A stretch of 64,000 bases of DNA from Alphaproteobacteria bacterium (lineage in GTDB: Bacteria > Pseudomonadota > Alphaproteobacteria > UBA828): positions 2,752,001 through 2,816,000 of the forward strand of contig CBDCCI010000002.1 of the NCBI GenBank assembly GCA_965214705.1, read 5' to 3'. Numbering within the stretch: the first letter of the stretch is position 1; each line of letters begins with the position of its first letter. Positions 21,090 through 30,790 of this stretch are shown piece by piece. The notes beneath the pieces were generated by a model. The model was not told the origin of the DNA. It searched no databases and saw only the letters and a list, made by a program, of their open reading frames with translations. The position numbers and the translations under genes were made by a program.

Positions 21090-21383
21090 TCAGGCGTCGG
21101 TCACGTCGAAGTGCCGGATGCTCGGGGGCTCGGCGAGGGCCTGCTTGAGCCGGTCGCTGACGCCCCTCTCCCGCTGCCAGGCCAGATACTTCTCGTATTG
21201 CTCGTGGGTGTCCCAATCTTCCACCAGGAGCACATTGTCGGCGTCGTCGCTGTTCTGCAGCGTTTCGACGCGCGTACAGCCCTCATAAGCGCGCGTCTCC
21301 GGAAGGATCGACCTGAAGAACGCAACCACCTCGTCCCCGGTGCCCGGCTTCGCCTTGACTTCGAGAATCACCCTCACGGCCAT
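21090..21383 (-). CDS. Antibiotic biosynthesis monooxygenase (ABM) family protein
   Basis: VILEVKAKPG...TRAYEGC...LLVEDWDT pattern. Confidence 0.8.
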   Translation of the reverse strand: MAVRVILEVKAKPGTGDEVVAFFRSILPETRAYEGCTRVETLQNSDDADNVLLVEDWDTHEQYEKYLAWQRERGVSDRLKQALAEPPSIRHFDVTDA

Positions 21384-21471
21384 TTCAAGCTCTCCCGTTT
21401 GCGTCCGTAACGCTAACAGCATCGCCGGTCCGTTACACCCGGCCATTCAGGAGTCGATCATGTCCCTGCCG

Positions 21472-23673
21472 TCAGGAGGGATCGTCTCCCGGCTCGGCCT
21501 GGAAATTGCCGGTGAGCAGGTAGCGGTAGAGCCTGAACGCGAGATGTTCCCGGTGCGATTCCAGCCAGCGCCGGGTGTCGGGCGTGAGCGCCAGAGACTG
21601 GCAGGGCTGGTCTGCGACCACGCTGCTGGCGTTCGCGTCGAGCGCCCCCGCTGGCCAGATCGCGTCGCCGGGGCCGAGCTGGTAGAGCCGCGCACCGGCG
21701 TCGTCGTATGCAGAGGCCCGGCCGGATAGCAGCAGCTGCAGGCCCTGGTCCGGCGCGTCCTGCCCGGCGAGGGGTTGGCCCGCGGCATAGTCGCGAGGAT
21801 GCAGCCACTCTCCAAGGTCCGCGATCAGGTCCTCGAACTGAATCTGCCGGTCCAGGTGGCGCTCCAGGTCTTCGCCGGCGTGCTCCAGTAATTCCGCGCG
21901 CCGCTCTCCTGCCGCGCCGACGTCCCCTCTCCAGGCCGCGATGACGATGTCCTCGCAGCGCTCGAGCGCGCGGTCCGCATTCGGCTCCACCAGCAATTCG
22001 GCGAACGCGGCCGGCGGCAGGGTCCGCTCCAGCCCCATGCGCAGCGGCTCGGAGACCCCGCACAGGACCACCCGAACCCCGGCCGCGCCGGCCCGTTGCA
22101 GGAACCGGCCGAGGACGCTGACCGCAGAGAAGTCGAAGCCGGAGACGCGGGCGAAGTCCAGCATCAGACAGGCCGGCGGCACGGGACCGCTCAGGACTTG
22201 CCGGAGCTGATCGGCCAGGGGCACGACACTGCCGAAGAAGATATAGCCGCGCAGACGATACGCCTGCACCCGGTCCCCCTCCGCCAGCAGGATGGCGCGA
22301 TCGGGGACGGGCCGGGCCTTGTTGCTCTGGTGCTCGCGCAGGGTGAACCGGGCCTCGACGGAGTCCACCCGGCCGAGGCGAACGGCGAAGAGCACGAGCG
22401 TCGCCGCGATGCCTGCGCCCACGCCCTCAAGCAGCCCGAGCGCGATGATGATCGCGAAGATCAGCAGGATGATGGCGTACTCTTGTCGGGGCAGCCGCTT
22501 CCAGCTTTTCACCATCCCCTCGTCCAGCATGCCGGCTCCGGCAAAGACCAGCATGCCGCCGACGAGCGGTGCCGGGACCAGCTCCAGCATCCCGTCGCCG
22601 AGCAGGAGTGCTATTCCGATGACAAGGGCGGCGATGACGCCGGTGAGCCGCGTCGTTGCGCCGAACAGCTTGCTGCGCAGCGAGGCGGGAACGACCAGGG
22701 TCGACACCGTGCCGCCCCCCAGGCCGGAGACCACGGTTGCGAAGCCCTTGGCCCTGAACTCCCGGTCCCAGTCGAGCTCGCTGTTCACCGCAAGCTCCAG
22801 GCCCGCGATGTTCATGACGACGCAGATGAGGGCGACCAGGATCAGCGTCAGCATGTCGGGGACTTGCCCAGCCATCGCCGACCAGTCCACATGCGCGAAG
22901 TCGGCTGGCGCCCAAACCGGCCAAAGGCTTTCCTCTACCGTGCTCGTGAACAGCAGGCCGGCCGCTCTCGCCTCCTCGCCGCTTATGTCGAGGGCGTAGA
23001 GAGCGAGATGGCATGCGCCGACGAAGAGCACGACGCTGACCGGCAGGATCAACGGATGGCGCCAGCGCCTCATCGACAAGTAGAGGGCGAGCCCGTAGGC
23101 CGCACCCGGCGCCCACTTCCACAGCACGTCGGGATCGAAGAACCCCGGAACCGCCGACCAGTGCGGTTCGACCCCCATCATGGAGAGCGCCGCGATGCAA
23201 ACGGCGCCGCCGATTCCGGCGACAAACCCTCCCGCGACCGGGTAGGGAATGAAGCGCACCACGTTGGCGAGACGAAATTGGCCGATGATGAGGCAGAACA
23301 CGCCGGTGGCGACGGCGGCGATAATCAGCGCGACCGCGGTGGTGACGAACAGCGCGTGACCCTCGGCCGCCATGGTGGAGCCGATGAGCGCCATCCCGAT
23401 CACGAGTGCTGGCGAAAGTCCCGCAATCGCACCGCGATAGCCGCTTGCGAGCGCGATGAGCAGACAGGCGGCGAAGTTCCCGAACAGGACAAGGCCGACT
23501 CCCTGCGACGTATAGGGAGCCAACGGTCCCGAGAAGATGAAGGCGCCGAAGGCGACCTGGGCGGCAAGCAGCCCCAAGCCCGAGGTAAAGCCCGCCGACA
23601 GCGCCGGTGTGGCCTTCCCGGACACGATGTCCGCACGAAGCTCGGACGCGAATTGCCGGAGTGCTGACGTCAC
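21472..23673 (-). CDS. SulP-family anion transporter with STAS and cNMP-binding-like domains
   Basis: Multi-TM N-terminus with VVRFIPYPVAGGFVAGIG; LRGYIFFGS, LDFARVSGFDFSA (STAS); C-terminal LLLSG...LGPGD. Confidence 0.85.
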   Translation of the reverse strand: MTSALRQFASELRADIVSGKATPALSAGFTSGLGLLAAQVAFGAFIFSGPLAPYTSQGVGLVLFGNFAACLLIALASGYRGAIAGLSPALVIGMALIGSTMAAEGHALFVTTAVALIIAAVATGVFCLIIGQFRLANVVRFIPYPVAGGFVAGIGGAVCIAALSMMGVEPHWSAVPGFFDPDVLWKWAPGAAYGLALYLSMRRWRHPLILPVSVVLFVGACHLALYALDISGEEARAAGLLFTSTVEESLWPVWAPADFAHVDWSAMAGQVPDMLTLILVALICVVMNIAGLELAVNSELDWDREFRAKGFATVVSGLGGGTVSTLVVPASLRSKLFGATTRLTGVIAALVIGIALLLGDGMLELVPAPLVGGMLVFAGAGMLDEGMVKSWKRLPRQEYAIILLIFAIIIALGLLEGVGAGIAATLVLFAVRLGRVDSVEARFTLREHQSNKARPVPDRAILLAEGDRVQAYRLRGYIFFGSVVPLADQLRQVLSGPVPPACLMLDFARVSGFDFSAVSVLGRFLQRAGAAGVRVVLCGVSEPLRMGLERTLPPAAFAELLVEPNADRALERCEDIVIAAWRGDVGAAGERRAELLEHAGEDLERHLDRQIQFEDLIADLGEWLHPRDYAAGQPLAGQDAPDQGLQLLLSGRASAYDDAGARLYQLGPGDAIWPAGALDANASSVVADQPCQSLALTPDTRRWLESHREHLAFRLYRYLLTGNFQAEPGDDPS

Positions 23674-23786
23674 ACGGATGACCTATAGCGAATTCAAAAG
23701 GCCGAGGTGGCCGAAGCGGCTACGGGTAGTGTACGCAATCGAGGGCTTCTCGCCGACGTTCTCAATACGGTTGCGGCCAGTATCGC

Positions 23787-23801
23787 GGGGGGGGGGGGGG
23801 G
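23787..23801. repeat. Poly-G homopolymer (15 G)
   Basis: Direct count. Confidence 0.9.
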
Positions 23802-23816
23802 CGTGACTCAATCATT

Positions 23817-23903
23817 TCCCTCAATCGCCGGGCGCTCACTCCGTTCGCTTGGCTCCGCGCTACGCGCGCGGCGCAGTCGCGCCGTCCGGGCCTGCGGTCC
23901 GGT
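23817..23903. repeat. ~87-bp REP/MITE-like repeat, copy B
   Basis: Near-identical to 13538-13624. Confidence 0.85.
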
Positions 23904-24120
23904 TCGCGTCAATATCAAATTCCTCGTTTGTTGCCGGCAAGTATCCCCGGACCATGGTGCGGTGCACGCGGTGTCGTTCCCGCGTCAGGATCGCGCCATG
24001 CAGTGCGAATACCAGCAGGCCACAGCAAGCAAGATAGACGGCGATCAGGACCTTGCCGTCGCGCCCGCGACTCTTTGTGCCGCGCGGACGACGCCTCGCG
24101 CGCCCGTGCCTCCGATCACG

Positions 24121-24194
24121 CCACCTTGGACCACCTTGGACCACCTTGGGCCACCTTGGGCCGCCCGCCCTGAGCCACCTTGGACCACCTTGGG
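24121..24194. repeat. 10-bp tandem repeat CCACCTTGGR, 4+2 copies
   Basis: Four copies 24121-24160, 14-bp interruption, two copies 24175-24194. Confidence 0.92.
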
Positions 24195-24230
24195 CCGGAA
24201 TAGACCGCCAAATCCCGCATCAAAATTAAT

Positions 24231-24632
24231 GGGGCTTATCCGTGACACTCCGCCAGAAGGAGCGTATGTTCTCAATATGTTCTGGATGCGGAGGTCTCGG
24301 ATGTGGCCTTCAAGGTGGCATCGCGCGTGCGCAGGTTGAGCGACGAGACGTTTCGCAAGGCCTTCGGCTCGGAGGAGCAGAGCCGCGCGGCGCTGATTCG
24401 GCGGACGCAAGGAGGCTGGATCGAGCGCTACAACACCACGCCGGTGCTCACCGAGACCTTCGTCGAGACCCCGCGCTACACTGGCGCGGTCTATCGGGCC
24501 TCGGGCTGGACTTACGTCGGGACCACCCAGGGACGAGGGCGCTACGACCGCGACAAACTCTACGACAGGCCCCGAAAGGACGTCTGGCTACGGCCTCTCA
24601 AAAGAGAGTGGAAACGCACCCTCAACCGCTAG
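24231..24632 (+). pseudogene. Chimeric remnant: IS1595 left end and transposase N-terminus fused to a DUF4338-like C-terminus
   Basis: GGGGCTTATCCGTGAC end and MAFKVASRVRRLSDETFRKAFGSEEQ match the copy at 26090; then ETFVETPRYTGAVYRASGWTYVGTTQGRGR typical of DUF4338. Confidence 0.7.
24268..24282 (+). promoter_or_regulatory. Alphaproteobacterial LexA (SOS) box
   Basis: GTTC-TCAATAT-GTTC (GTTC-N7-GTTC) ~20 bp upstream of the transposase start. Confidence 0.65.
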
Positions 24633-24826
24633 AATCCGCCGGATCGGACGGCTCAGCACGGCTTGCCGGAATCCTTACCTCTGTGCGGCCGGGTATGAGA
24701 AGGGTCGTTGACGCGCCGCCGCTCCAGCCGCCTCCGGTCATAGAATGTTGGTTGGATTCCACCGATTGGACGCTCGCTTCCAGTCGCGCCTCAACGATGA
24801 ACCCGGCGTCCGATGAATGCATCCGG

Positions 24827-26005
24827 CTATGGAGCGATCACCTTGGGAGCGATGAAATACCCTACGAACTCGCCTCGACTCCCATCCGGATGACTGAATT
24901 GCGCACCGGTCGTTCCGGCAACGAGACGAGGATCGCCAGACCCGTCAAAAGCGGGAAGCCCCGAAAACCTGCCGCCCCAGTATCCCTGGACGCTGGAAAC
25001 GGGTACGCTGAATGGAACGGCACGCCCGCCTATGACGATTTCTACATTGTCGCCCGTGAAAGTGCCGTCCGAATTGATGGGAGTGGTTTCAAACTTGATC
25101 GAGGCCAGGCTCAGAGAGGTATAGATTTCGCTTCTGTTGCCGTCCGCATCCACCAGGACTTCCGTCGTCTCAAGGTTTTCGTCGCAACCGATGCAGCCCC
25201 TTACGGTGCTGGCCGAAAAATCGGCGGAGAGCGTCATCACGCCCGAGTACTCGCCTGTCGCCTTGTCTCCGTCATCGAGACGAGGATCCAACGGTTTCCA
25301 CATCGGACCGTAGATGAACGTATACAGCCCCGCCGCATGACCTCTGTAGGTCGCCGTTCCAGCTTCCGGCATGTCCGGAGCGTTGGAAAACTCGGGGCCA
25401 TGGACAAATACGCCAAAGTTGGCGTTCTCAATCGAATCCGCGGCAAGATCGCCGTCCAGATGCATCCAGTAGCCACCGGCCAGATAATCGCTCGGATCGT
25501 CCCTGTGCCAGCTGACCGAAACGGAAGCAGACGAGGTACCGTCTTCCCGAGTGTCGAACAGCGCCCAACGGCTATGATAATGACGGCGAACCGGAGAAGG
25601 CGGAAGCGCGCGCTTTTCCACCATGCTGGACACCGAATGGGCATCCGAGTCCAGGACCAGTTTGCTGCCATCCCCGGAAGAGGTTTCCAACGTCACATCG
25701 GCATTGCCGCGGTTAATGCCATCATCCAGGTCCGGCGGAAAAAGGCGATCGAAGATTATCGAAACAGCGCCGATGGCGGTGCCGGTCGAGTCGGTATCCG
25801 ACGATTGCAGGACACCCTCGTCCGTGAAGCGTGGAATGCTGTTCGCGGCTCGTGATGCAGCAACTGCCAATTCATCGGGGGACGAACTCCAGGCATCGGT
25901 GAGTGTGGGGTGAGAGACAGTGCTTCGCTCCCCCCGGCCGCAGGCTGCGAGCATCAGCAGTGCGCCGACCATAACCATAACCGTCGACAGTAAACGCTTC
26001 GACAT
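24827..26005 (-). CDS. TbpB-like surface lipoprotein
   Basis: Lipobox MSKRLLSTVMVMVGALLMLAA-C; YLAGGYWMHL, FGVFVHGPEF, GTATYRGHAAGLY, TLSADF, WGGRF, C-terminal FVGYFIA; lower GC than flanks. Confidence 0.75.
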   Translation of the reverse strand: MSKRLLSTVMVMVGALLMLAACGRGERSTVSHPTLTDAWSSSPDELAVAASRAANSIPRFTDEGVLQSSDTDSTGTAIGAVSIIFDRLFPPDLDDGINRGNADVTLETSSGDGSKLVLDSDAHSVSSMVEKRALPPSPVRRHYHSRWALFDTREDGTSSASVSVSWHRDDPSDYLAGGYWMHLDGDLAADSIENANFGVFVHGPEFSNAPDMPEAGTATYRGHAAGLYTFIYGPMWKPLDPRLDDGDKATGEYSGVMTLSADFSASTVRGCIGCDENLETTEVLVDADGNRSEIYTSLSLASIKFETTPINSDGTFTGDNVEIVIGGRAVPFSVPVSSVQGYWGGRFSGLPAFDGSGDPRLVAGTTGAQFSHPDGSRGEFVGYFIAPKVIAP

Positions 26006-26089
26006 AGGAATCGCCTCCCGAAAACGTAAAGCTAGGCGAGTCGGGCAAGCTTGCGCGCGCTCCATTTGGGGGAGATCGGCAAATAAATT

Positions 26090-26817
26090 CCTGCTTATCC
26101 GTGACTCTCCGCATGGGAATGCGGCATGTTCTCTATATGTTCCATATGGGAGGTCACGGATATGGCATTCAAAGTGGTATCGCGCGCGCGGGTTGAGCGA
26201 CGAGGCGTTTCGCCGGGCCTTCGGCACGGAGGAGCAGTGTTGCGCGGCGCTGGTCCGGTTGCGCTTGCCGGACGGCTTCGTCTGCCCCTCCTGCGGCCAT
26301 CGCGAGCATTGCCTGCTGGCGGGCCGGGGGCTCTACCAGTGCAACCGCTGCAAGAGGCAGATCTCGCCCACGGCGGGCACGATCTTCCATGCGACCAAGC
26401 TGCCGCTGAGGCTCTGGTTCGCGGCCATCCACCTGATCGTGACGGCGAAGAACGGCGTCTCGTCGGTGGAACTCGGTCGCCGCCTCGGGGTTAGGCAGCC
26501 GACGGCCTGGGCCATGAAGCACAAGATCATGGCAGTAATGGCCCGGCGCGAAGGCGAGATGCGGCTCTCGGGCCGGGTGGAGATGGACGACGCCTATCTC
26601 GGCGGCAGGCGTTCCGGCGGCAAGCGGGGCCGGGGTGCGGCGGGCAAGACGCCCTTCGTGGCGGCGGTCTCGACCGGCCCCGAGGGGCGCCCGCGCAAGC
26701 TGGAGCTGGCGCTACCAGCTCCAGACCATGATCCCCCGCTTCGTCCAAAGCGCCGCTCGAACCAGCCCCATGCCTTACCAAGCCCTCGTCGCTGGACGAG
26801 AATCAGGGATAAGCAGG
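26090..26817 (+). mobile_element. IS1595-family (ISSod11-type ends) element, frameshifted and internally deleted
   Basis: Inverted ends CCTGCTTATCCGTGACTCTC / GAGAATCAGGGATAAGCAGG; Zn ribbon CPSC...CNRC, TAGTIFH, VEMDDAYLGG, GRGAAGK. Frameshift near 26190, and a jump near 26700 to the C-terminal RYQLQTMIPRF. AT-rich flanks AATAAATT/AATTAATA. Confidence 0.88.
26128..26142 (+). promoter_or_regulatory. Alphaproteobacterial LexA (SOS) box
   Basis: GTTC-TCTATAT-GTTC at the same position as in the other IS1595 copy. Confidence 0.65.
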
Positions 26818-26880
26818 AATTAATATTCACGTACGTCTCAAGGAACGCGGCGCTGGCCGCGACCAGGGTAACAATCGGGG

Positions 26881-27504
26881 CTAACTCAGCGGGATCATCA
26901 CGTGGGTGCGGAAGTGCGCGCGCTCCTGCAGCCGCTCGTTCCAGGCCGCGATGTTGGGGAGCGCCGGGCGTTCGATATCCAGCGCGTGGTAGCGATAGCA
27001 GGTCGCACCGACCGCGATGTCGCCCATGGTGAGCGTGTTCGCCGCGACGAAGCTGCGCCCCTCCATATGGGCATCGAGGATGCGCCAGGTCTCGCCCATG
27101 GCCCGAGCACAGCGCTCGATCCGTGCCATGTCGCGCTTCTCGGCCGGCGTGCGGATGAGGCCGATGAAGACCGGCGCGAGGTCCGGCAGGAGCGTCGTCT
27201 GCATCCAGTCGAGCCAGCGGTCGGCAAGCGCCCGGGCCGACGGGTCCTCGGGCCAGAGGTGGCCTGCGCCGTAGCGCGCGGCGAGGTAGCGCACGCAGCT
27301 ATGCGATTCCCAGATGGTGGTGCCGTCCTCGTCCACGATGGTCGGGATGCGCCGGTTGGGATTGAGCGTGCCGTAGTCGTCCGTATCGAGCCCGCCGAAG
27401 GGACCGCCCACGTCCTTCCGCTCGTGGGCCAGGCCCAGCTCGGCCACGGTCCACATCACCTTCTGCACGTTGATCGAGTTCTTGCGGCCCCACACCACCA
27501 GCAT
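26881..27504 (-). CDS. Glutathione S-transferase (GstB/YliJ-like)
   Basis: WGRKNSINVQKV, LNPNRRIPT, IWESHSCVRYL. Confidence 0.9.
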   Translation of the reverse strand: MLVVWGRKNSINVQKVMWTVAELGLAHERKDVGGPFGGLDTDDYGTLNPNRRIPTIVDEDGTTIWESHSCVRYLAARYGAGHLWPEDPSARALADRWLDWMQTTLLPDLAPVFIGLIRTPAEKRDMARIERCARAMGETWRILDAHMEGRSFVAANTLTMGDIAVGATCYRYHALDIERPALPNIAAWNERLQERAHFRTHVMIPLS

Positions 27505-27679
27505 CTTGCGCAACCTCCCCAGCCCCTTGTCCCGCGAGGCCGGCAGTATGCCGGATGGCGGCGGACCGGGCCACGGGCAGCGGCGAAATCCATCGCGCTT
27601 CCGCTAGCCGTCGCGTCCGCGCCGCGATAGGCTCTGGCCCACGGGCGCCGGGAGCCGTCCGGCGCGAGAGGAGGGTGCG

Positions 27680-29083
27680 ATGAAGGGGAACTTTCAGCAG
27701 TACGACAACGCAGACCTTTGGCAGAAGGACCGGGACCACAACATCCATCCCTGGACCGACTTCGCGACCTTCAAGGAGGAAGGCTCCGAGGTCATGGCGG
27801 AGGCCGAGGGGGTCTACGTCTACAACGCCGAGGGCGAGCGCTACATGGACGGCATCGGCGGCCTCTGGTGCGTCAATATCGGCTATGGCCGGGAAGAGAT
27901 GGCGCAGGCGATCGCCGATCAGGTGCGCCGTATCCCCTACTACTCGACCTTCACCCACCTGACCACGCCGCCGGCGGCGGAGCTTGCGGCGAAGCTCGCC
28001 GAACTCGCGCCGGCCAGCATCAACCACGTGTTCTACGGCACCGGCGGCTCGATGGCGAACGACACCGCCATCCGCGTGATTCACTTCTATTTCAACCGCC
28101 TGGGCAAGCCGAACAAGAAGAAGATCATCTCGCGCGTCGACGCCTATCACGGCTCGACCTACCTCGCGATGACCATGACCGGGGTGAAGTTCGACCATGA
28201 CGGCTTCGACCTCGCGCCCGACCTCGTGCACCACATTCCGGCACCCCACACCTATCGGCGCCCCGATGGCATGAGCGTGGAAGAATTCTGCGACGAGAAG
28301 GTGGCCGACCTCGAGAACAAGATTCTGGAGCTCGGGCCGGAGAACGTCGCCTGCTTCATTGCGGAGCCGATCATGGGTGGAGGCGGCGTGATCGTGCCCC
28401 CGCCTGGCTACCACGCCCGCACCAAAGCGGTGTGCGAGAAGTACGAGGTGCTCTATATCTCGGACGAGGTGGTGACCGGCTTCGGGCGGCTCGGGCACTT
28501 CTTCGCTTCCGAGCCGGTGTTCGACTTCACGCCCGACGTGATCACCTCGGCCAAGGGGCTCACCTCGGGCTACATCCCGCATTCGGCGACGCTGTTCTCC
28601 GACGCGATGTACGAGGTGATCAGCGTGCCTCAGTCCGACGGCGCGCTTTTCACCCACGGCTTCACCTATGCCGGGCACCCGGTCTCCTGCGCCGCCGGCG
28701 TCAAGAACATCGAGATCATGGAGCGCGAGGACCTGTGCGGTCACGTGCGCGAGGTCGGCCCCTACTTCGAGGAGCGGCTGAACGAGCTGCTGACGCTGCC
28801 GCTGATCGGCGACGTGCGGGGCAAGAAGTTCATGATGTGCGTCGAGGCGGTGAAGAATAAGGAGACCAAGGAGGTCTTCGCAGCGGATGCCAAGATCGGC
28901 GCGCGGATCACGCGCCACTGCCAGAGCCGAGGCCTGCTGGTGCGCCCGCTCGGCCACATGAACGTGCTCTCGCCGCCGCTCACGCTCACGCGCGAGCAGA
29001 TCGACACGCTCGTGGAGACCCTGCGGGAGAGCATCATCGCGACCCAGAACGACCTGGTCCGCGAGAATCTCTGGAAAGGCTGA
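27680..29083 (+). CDS. Class III aminotransferase (omega-amino acid/polyamine type)
   Basis: DGIGGLWCVNIGYGR, AYHGST, FIAEPIMG, ISDEVVTGFGRLG, SAKGLTSGY, HGFTYAGHP. Confidence 0.9.
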   Translation: MKGNFQQYDNADLWQKDRDHNIHPWTDFATFKEEGSEVMAEAEGVYVYNAEGERYMDGIGGLWCVNIGYGREEMAQAIADQVRRIPYYSTFTHLTTPPAAELAAKLAELAPASINHVFYGTGGSMANDTAIRVIHFYFNRLGKPNKKKIISRVDAYHGSTYLAMTMTGVKFDHDGFDLAPDLVHHIPAPHTYRRPDGMSVEEFCDEKVADLENKILELGPENVACFIAEPIMGGGGVIVPPPGYHARTKAVCEKYEVLYISDEVVTGFGRLGHFFASEPVFDFTPDVITSAKGLTSGYIPHSATLFSDAMYEVISVPQSDGALFTHGFTYAGHPVSCAAGVKNIEIMEREDLCGHVREVGPYFEERLNELLTLPLIGDVRGKKFMMCVEAVKNKETKEVFAADAKIGARITRHCQSRGLLVRPLGHMNVLSPPLTLTREQIDTLVETLRESIIATQNDLVRENLWKG

Positions 29084-29152
29084 GACGCGGGCAGGAACGC
29101 GGCAGCGAGATGATGGCCGCCGCTGCGGCCTGAAAGCCAGGAGGATCGGGAC

Positions 29153-29818
29153 GTGGCACTACCGCTCGCACCACAGCTGATCGTCAACAGCCGCATGCTC
29201 TACTTTTGCTGGGTGCCGGAAGACCCGGCAGCGGCTGCGGCGCTGCTGCCGGAAGGCCTTACACCGGCCGAGAATCAGGCGATCTTCATCAACCAGTACG
29301 TCGTGGATCGCGACGATCAGACCTCGCACTTCGGCGCCTATTCGCTGACTTACGCCGGGCTCGATCTGGCCGGCCTCGACCTTGAGGACGGCACGCCCGG
29401 CCGCTGGTGGACCCACTATCTCAACTCGAACCCGGTGATGTGCGACTATGCGGCGAAGCGCGGCGTGCCGGCGGTGCCGGGCCGCACGACGCTCTACCGC
29501 GACGGCGATCGGGTGACCGCGACCACCTACGCGGACGACCAGCCGATCATCCGCAGTGTCGCGCGCATCGGCTCAGGGATCGCGGACACGGCGCGCGGCC
29601 ATCTGCGCTACATCACCGCCGTCGACGGCCGCCTGATGAGCGGCAACTACGCCTACGTGGGTGAGCTATCGGACGATTTCGAGCTGCTCTCGTTGGAGTT
29701 CCTGGCGCCGGACCACTCGTGCCACGCGCTGCGTCCGGCGTCGCCGACCGAGGTCACCTTCGGCTTCTATGGGCCGCGTGTCTCGTTCTGCTATCCGGGC
29801 GGCGACGGGCCGCTATAG
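29153..29818 (+). CDS. Acetoacetate decarboxylase-like family protein
   Basis: EDPAAAAALLPEGL N-terminal pattern, GGAGG RBS, host codon usage. Confidence 0.55.
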   Translation: MALPLAPQLIVNSRMLYFCWVPEDPAAAAALLPEGLTPAENQAIFINQYVVDRDDQTSHFGAYSLTYAGLDLAGLDLEDGTPGRWWTHYLNSNPVMCDYAAKRGVPAVPGRTTLYRDGDRVTATTYADDQPIIRSVARIGSGIADTARGHLRYITAVDGRLMSGNYAYVGELSDDFELLSLEFLAPDHSCHALRPASPTEVTFGFYGPRVSFCYPGGDGPL

Positions 29819-29904
29819 GCTTTTTCGCTCACGGCAGCCGGCCTGCGGCCGGCGCCTGCACGGGCGCGCCGCATTAGCGGCGGGCCGCAGTCGCGGCCTG
29901 TCGC

Positions 29905-29925
29905 GTGTCCGTCTGAGACGGACAC
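29905..29925. terminator. Hairpin between convergent genes
   Basis: GTGTCCGTC-TGA-GACGGACAC. Confidence 0.5.
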
Positions 29926-29946
29926 ACTCCAATGCATGAGGCGAAT

Positions 29947-30786
29947 CTACTCCGGCGAATAGCCGGGGCAGATCACGTACTTTGGCTCGGTGCAGCCGCC
30001 GGTGAGTTCGCGCAGGCGCTCCTGATAGTTCCAGGCGCGCACCGCCTCGTAGTGATCGAAGGCGTGCTTGACCAGGAATTCGACCGGGTCGATCACCTCC
30101 TCGCGGCGCACCACTCCCTCGCCGATGGCGAGCACGGCGCGCGGCGTGAGCGCGAGCAGGTAGGCACGCGGATCGATCACGCCATCGACGCCGAAGCCCA
30201 CGGCGTCTCGGGCTGCCGTCGGGCCGAAGATAGGCAACACCAGATAGGGGCCTTCGCCGACGCCGTAATGGTGGAGCGTCTGGCCGAAGTCGGCGTCGTC
30301 CGCTTCCAGGCCCAAATCGGTCGCAACGTCGAAAAGCCCTGCCGCGCCGGCGGTGCTGTTGACCACGAAGCGACCGAAGCTCGTGGCGGCGCGGTCCGGG
30401 TTGAGCTGTAGCAGGTGGTTCGCGGTGACCACCGGCTCCGCCATATTGGTGAAGGCGCGGCTGACAGCCTGCCGTGCGTCGCTCGGCATGAAGCCCCGGT
30501 AGAACCGGGCCACCGGTTCCAAGAGAAGAAAGTCGAACACGCCGTTGATGTAGTAGAAGACTTGGTTCACCTCCTCGAAGGGATCGTCATAGCCGTCTTT
30601 CCCGCCCTCGCGCGGCAGAACCGGCCAGTCGGCGCCACGGCTCTCAATTGACGGAGCACCGTCGAGGGAGGCGGGCTCATCGTCAATGAACCGTTCGAGC
30701 ACCGTGCAGCCCTGCACGATGGGGACAGCCAGGAGCAGCGTGACCAGCGCGACGGCGAACCGACCCGCGCGGCCCTGCGATTTCAT
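29947..30786 (-). CDS. mlaA: MlaA/VacJ lipoprotein
   Basis: Lipobox VQGC; DPFEEVN, RFVVNST, DFGQTL, GPYLVLPIFGP..RD. Confidence 0.9.
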   Translation of the reverse strand: MKSQGRAGRFAVALVTLLLAVPIVQGCTVLERFIDDEPASLDGAPSIESRGADWPVLPREGGKDGYDDPFEEVNQVFYYINGVFDFLLLEPVARFYRGFMPSDARQAVSRAFTNMAEPVVTANHLLQLNPDRAATSFGRFVVNSTAGAAGLFDVATDLGLEADDADFGQTLHHYGVGEGPYLVLPIFGPTAARDAVGFGVDGVIDPRAYLLALTPRAVLAIGEGVVRREEVIDPVEFLVKHAFDHYEAVRAWNYQERLRELTGGCTEPKYVICPGYSPE

Positions 30787-30790
30787 TCGG

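Noticed and set aside
23860-24144. 94-aa ORF with a hydrophobic stretch
   Set aside because: Starts in the 10-bp array and ends in repeat copy B; may hide a gene fragment, but no family is recognisable
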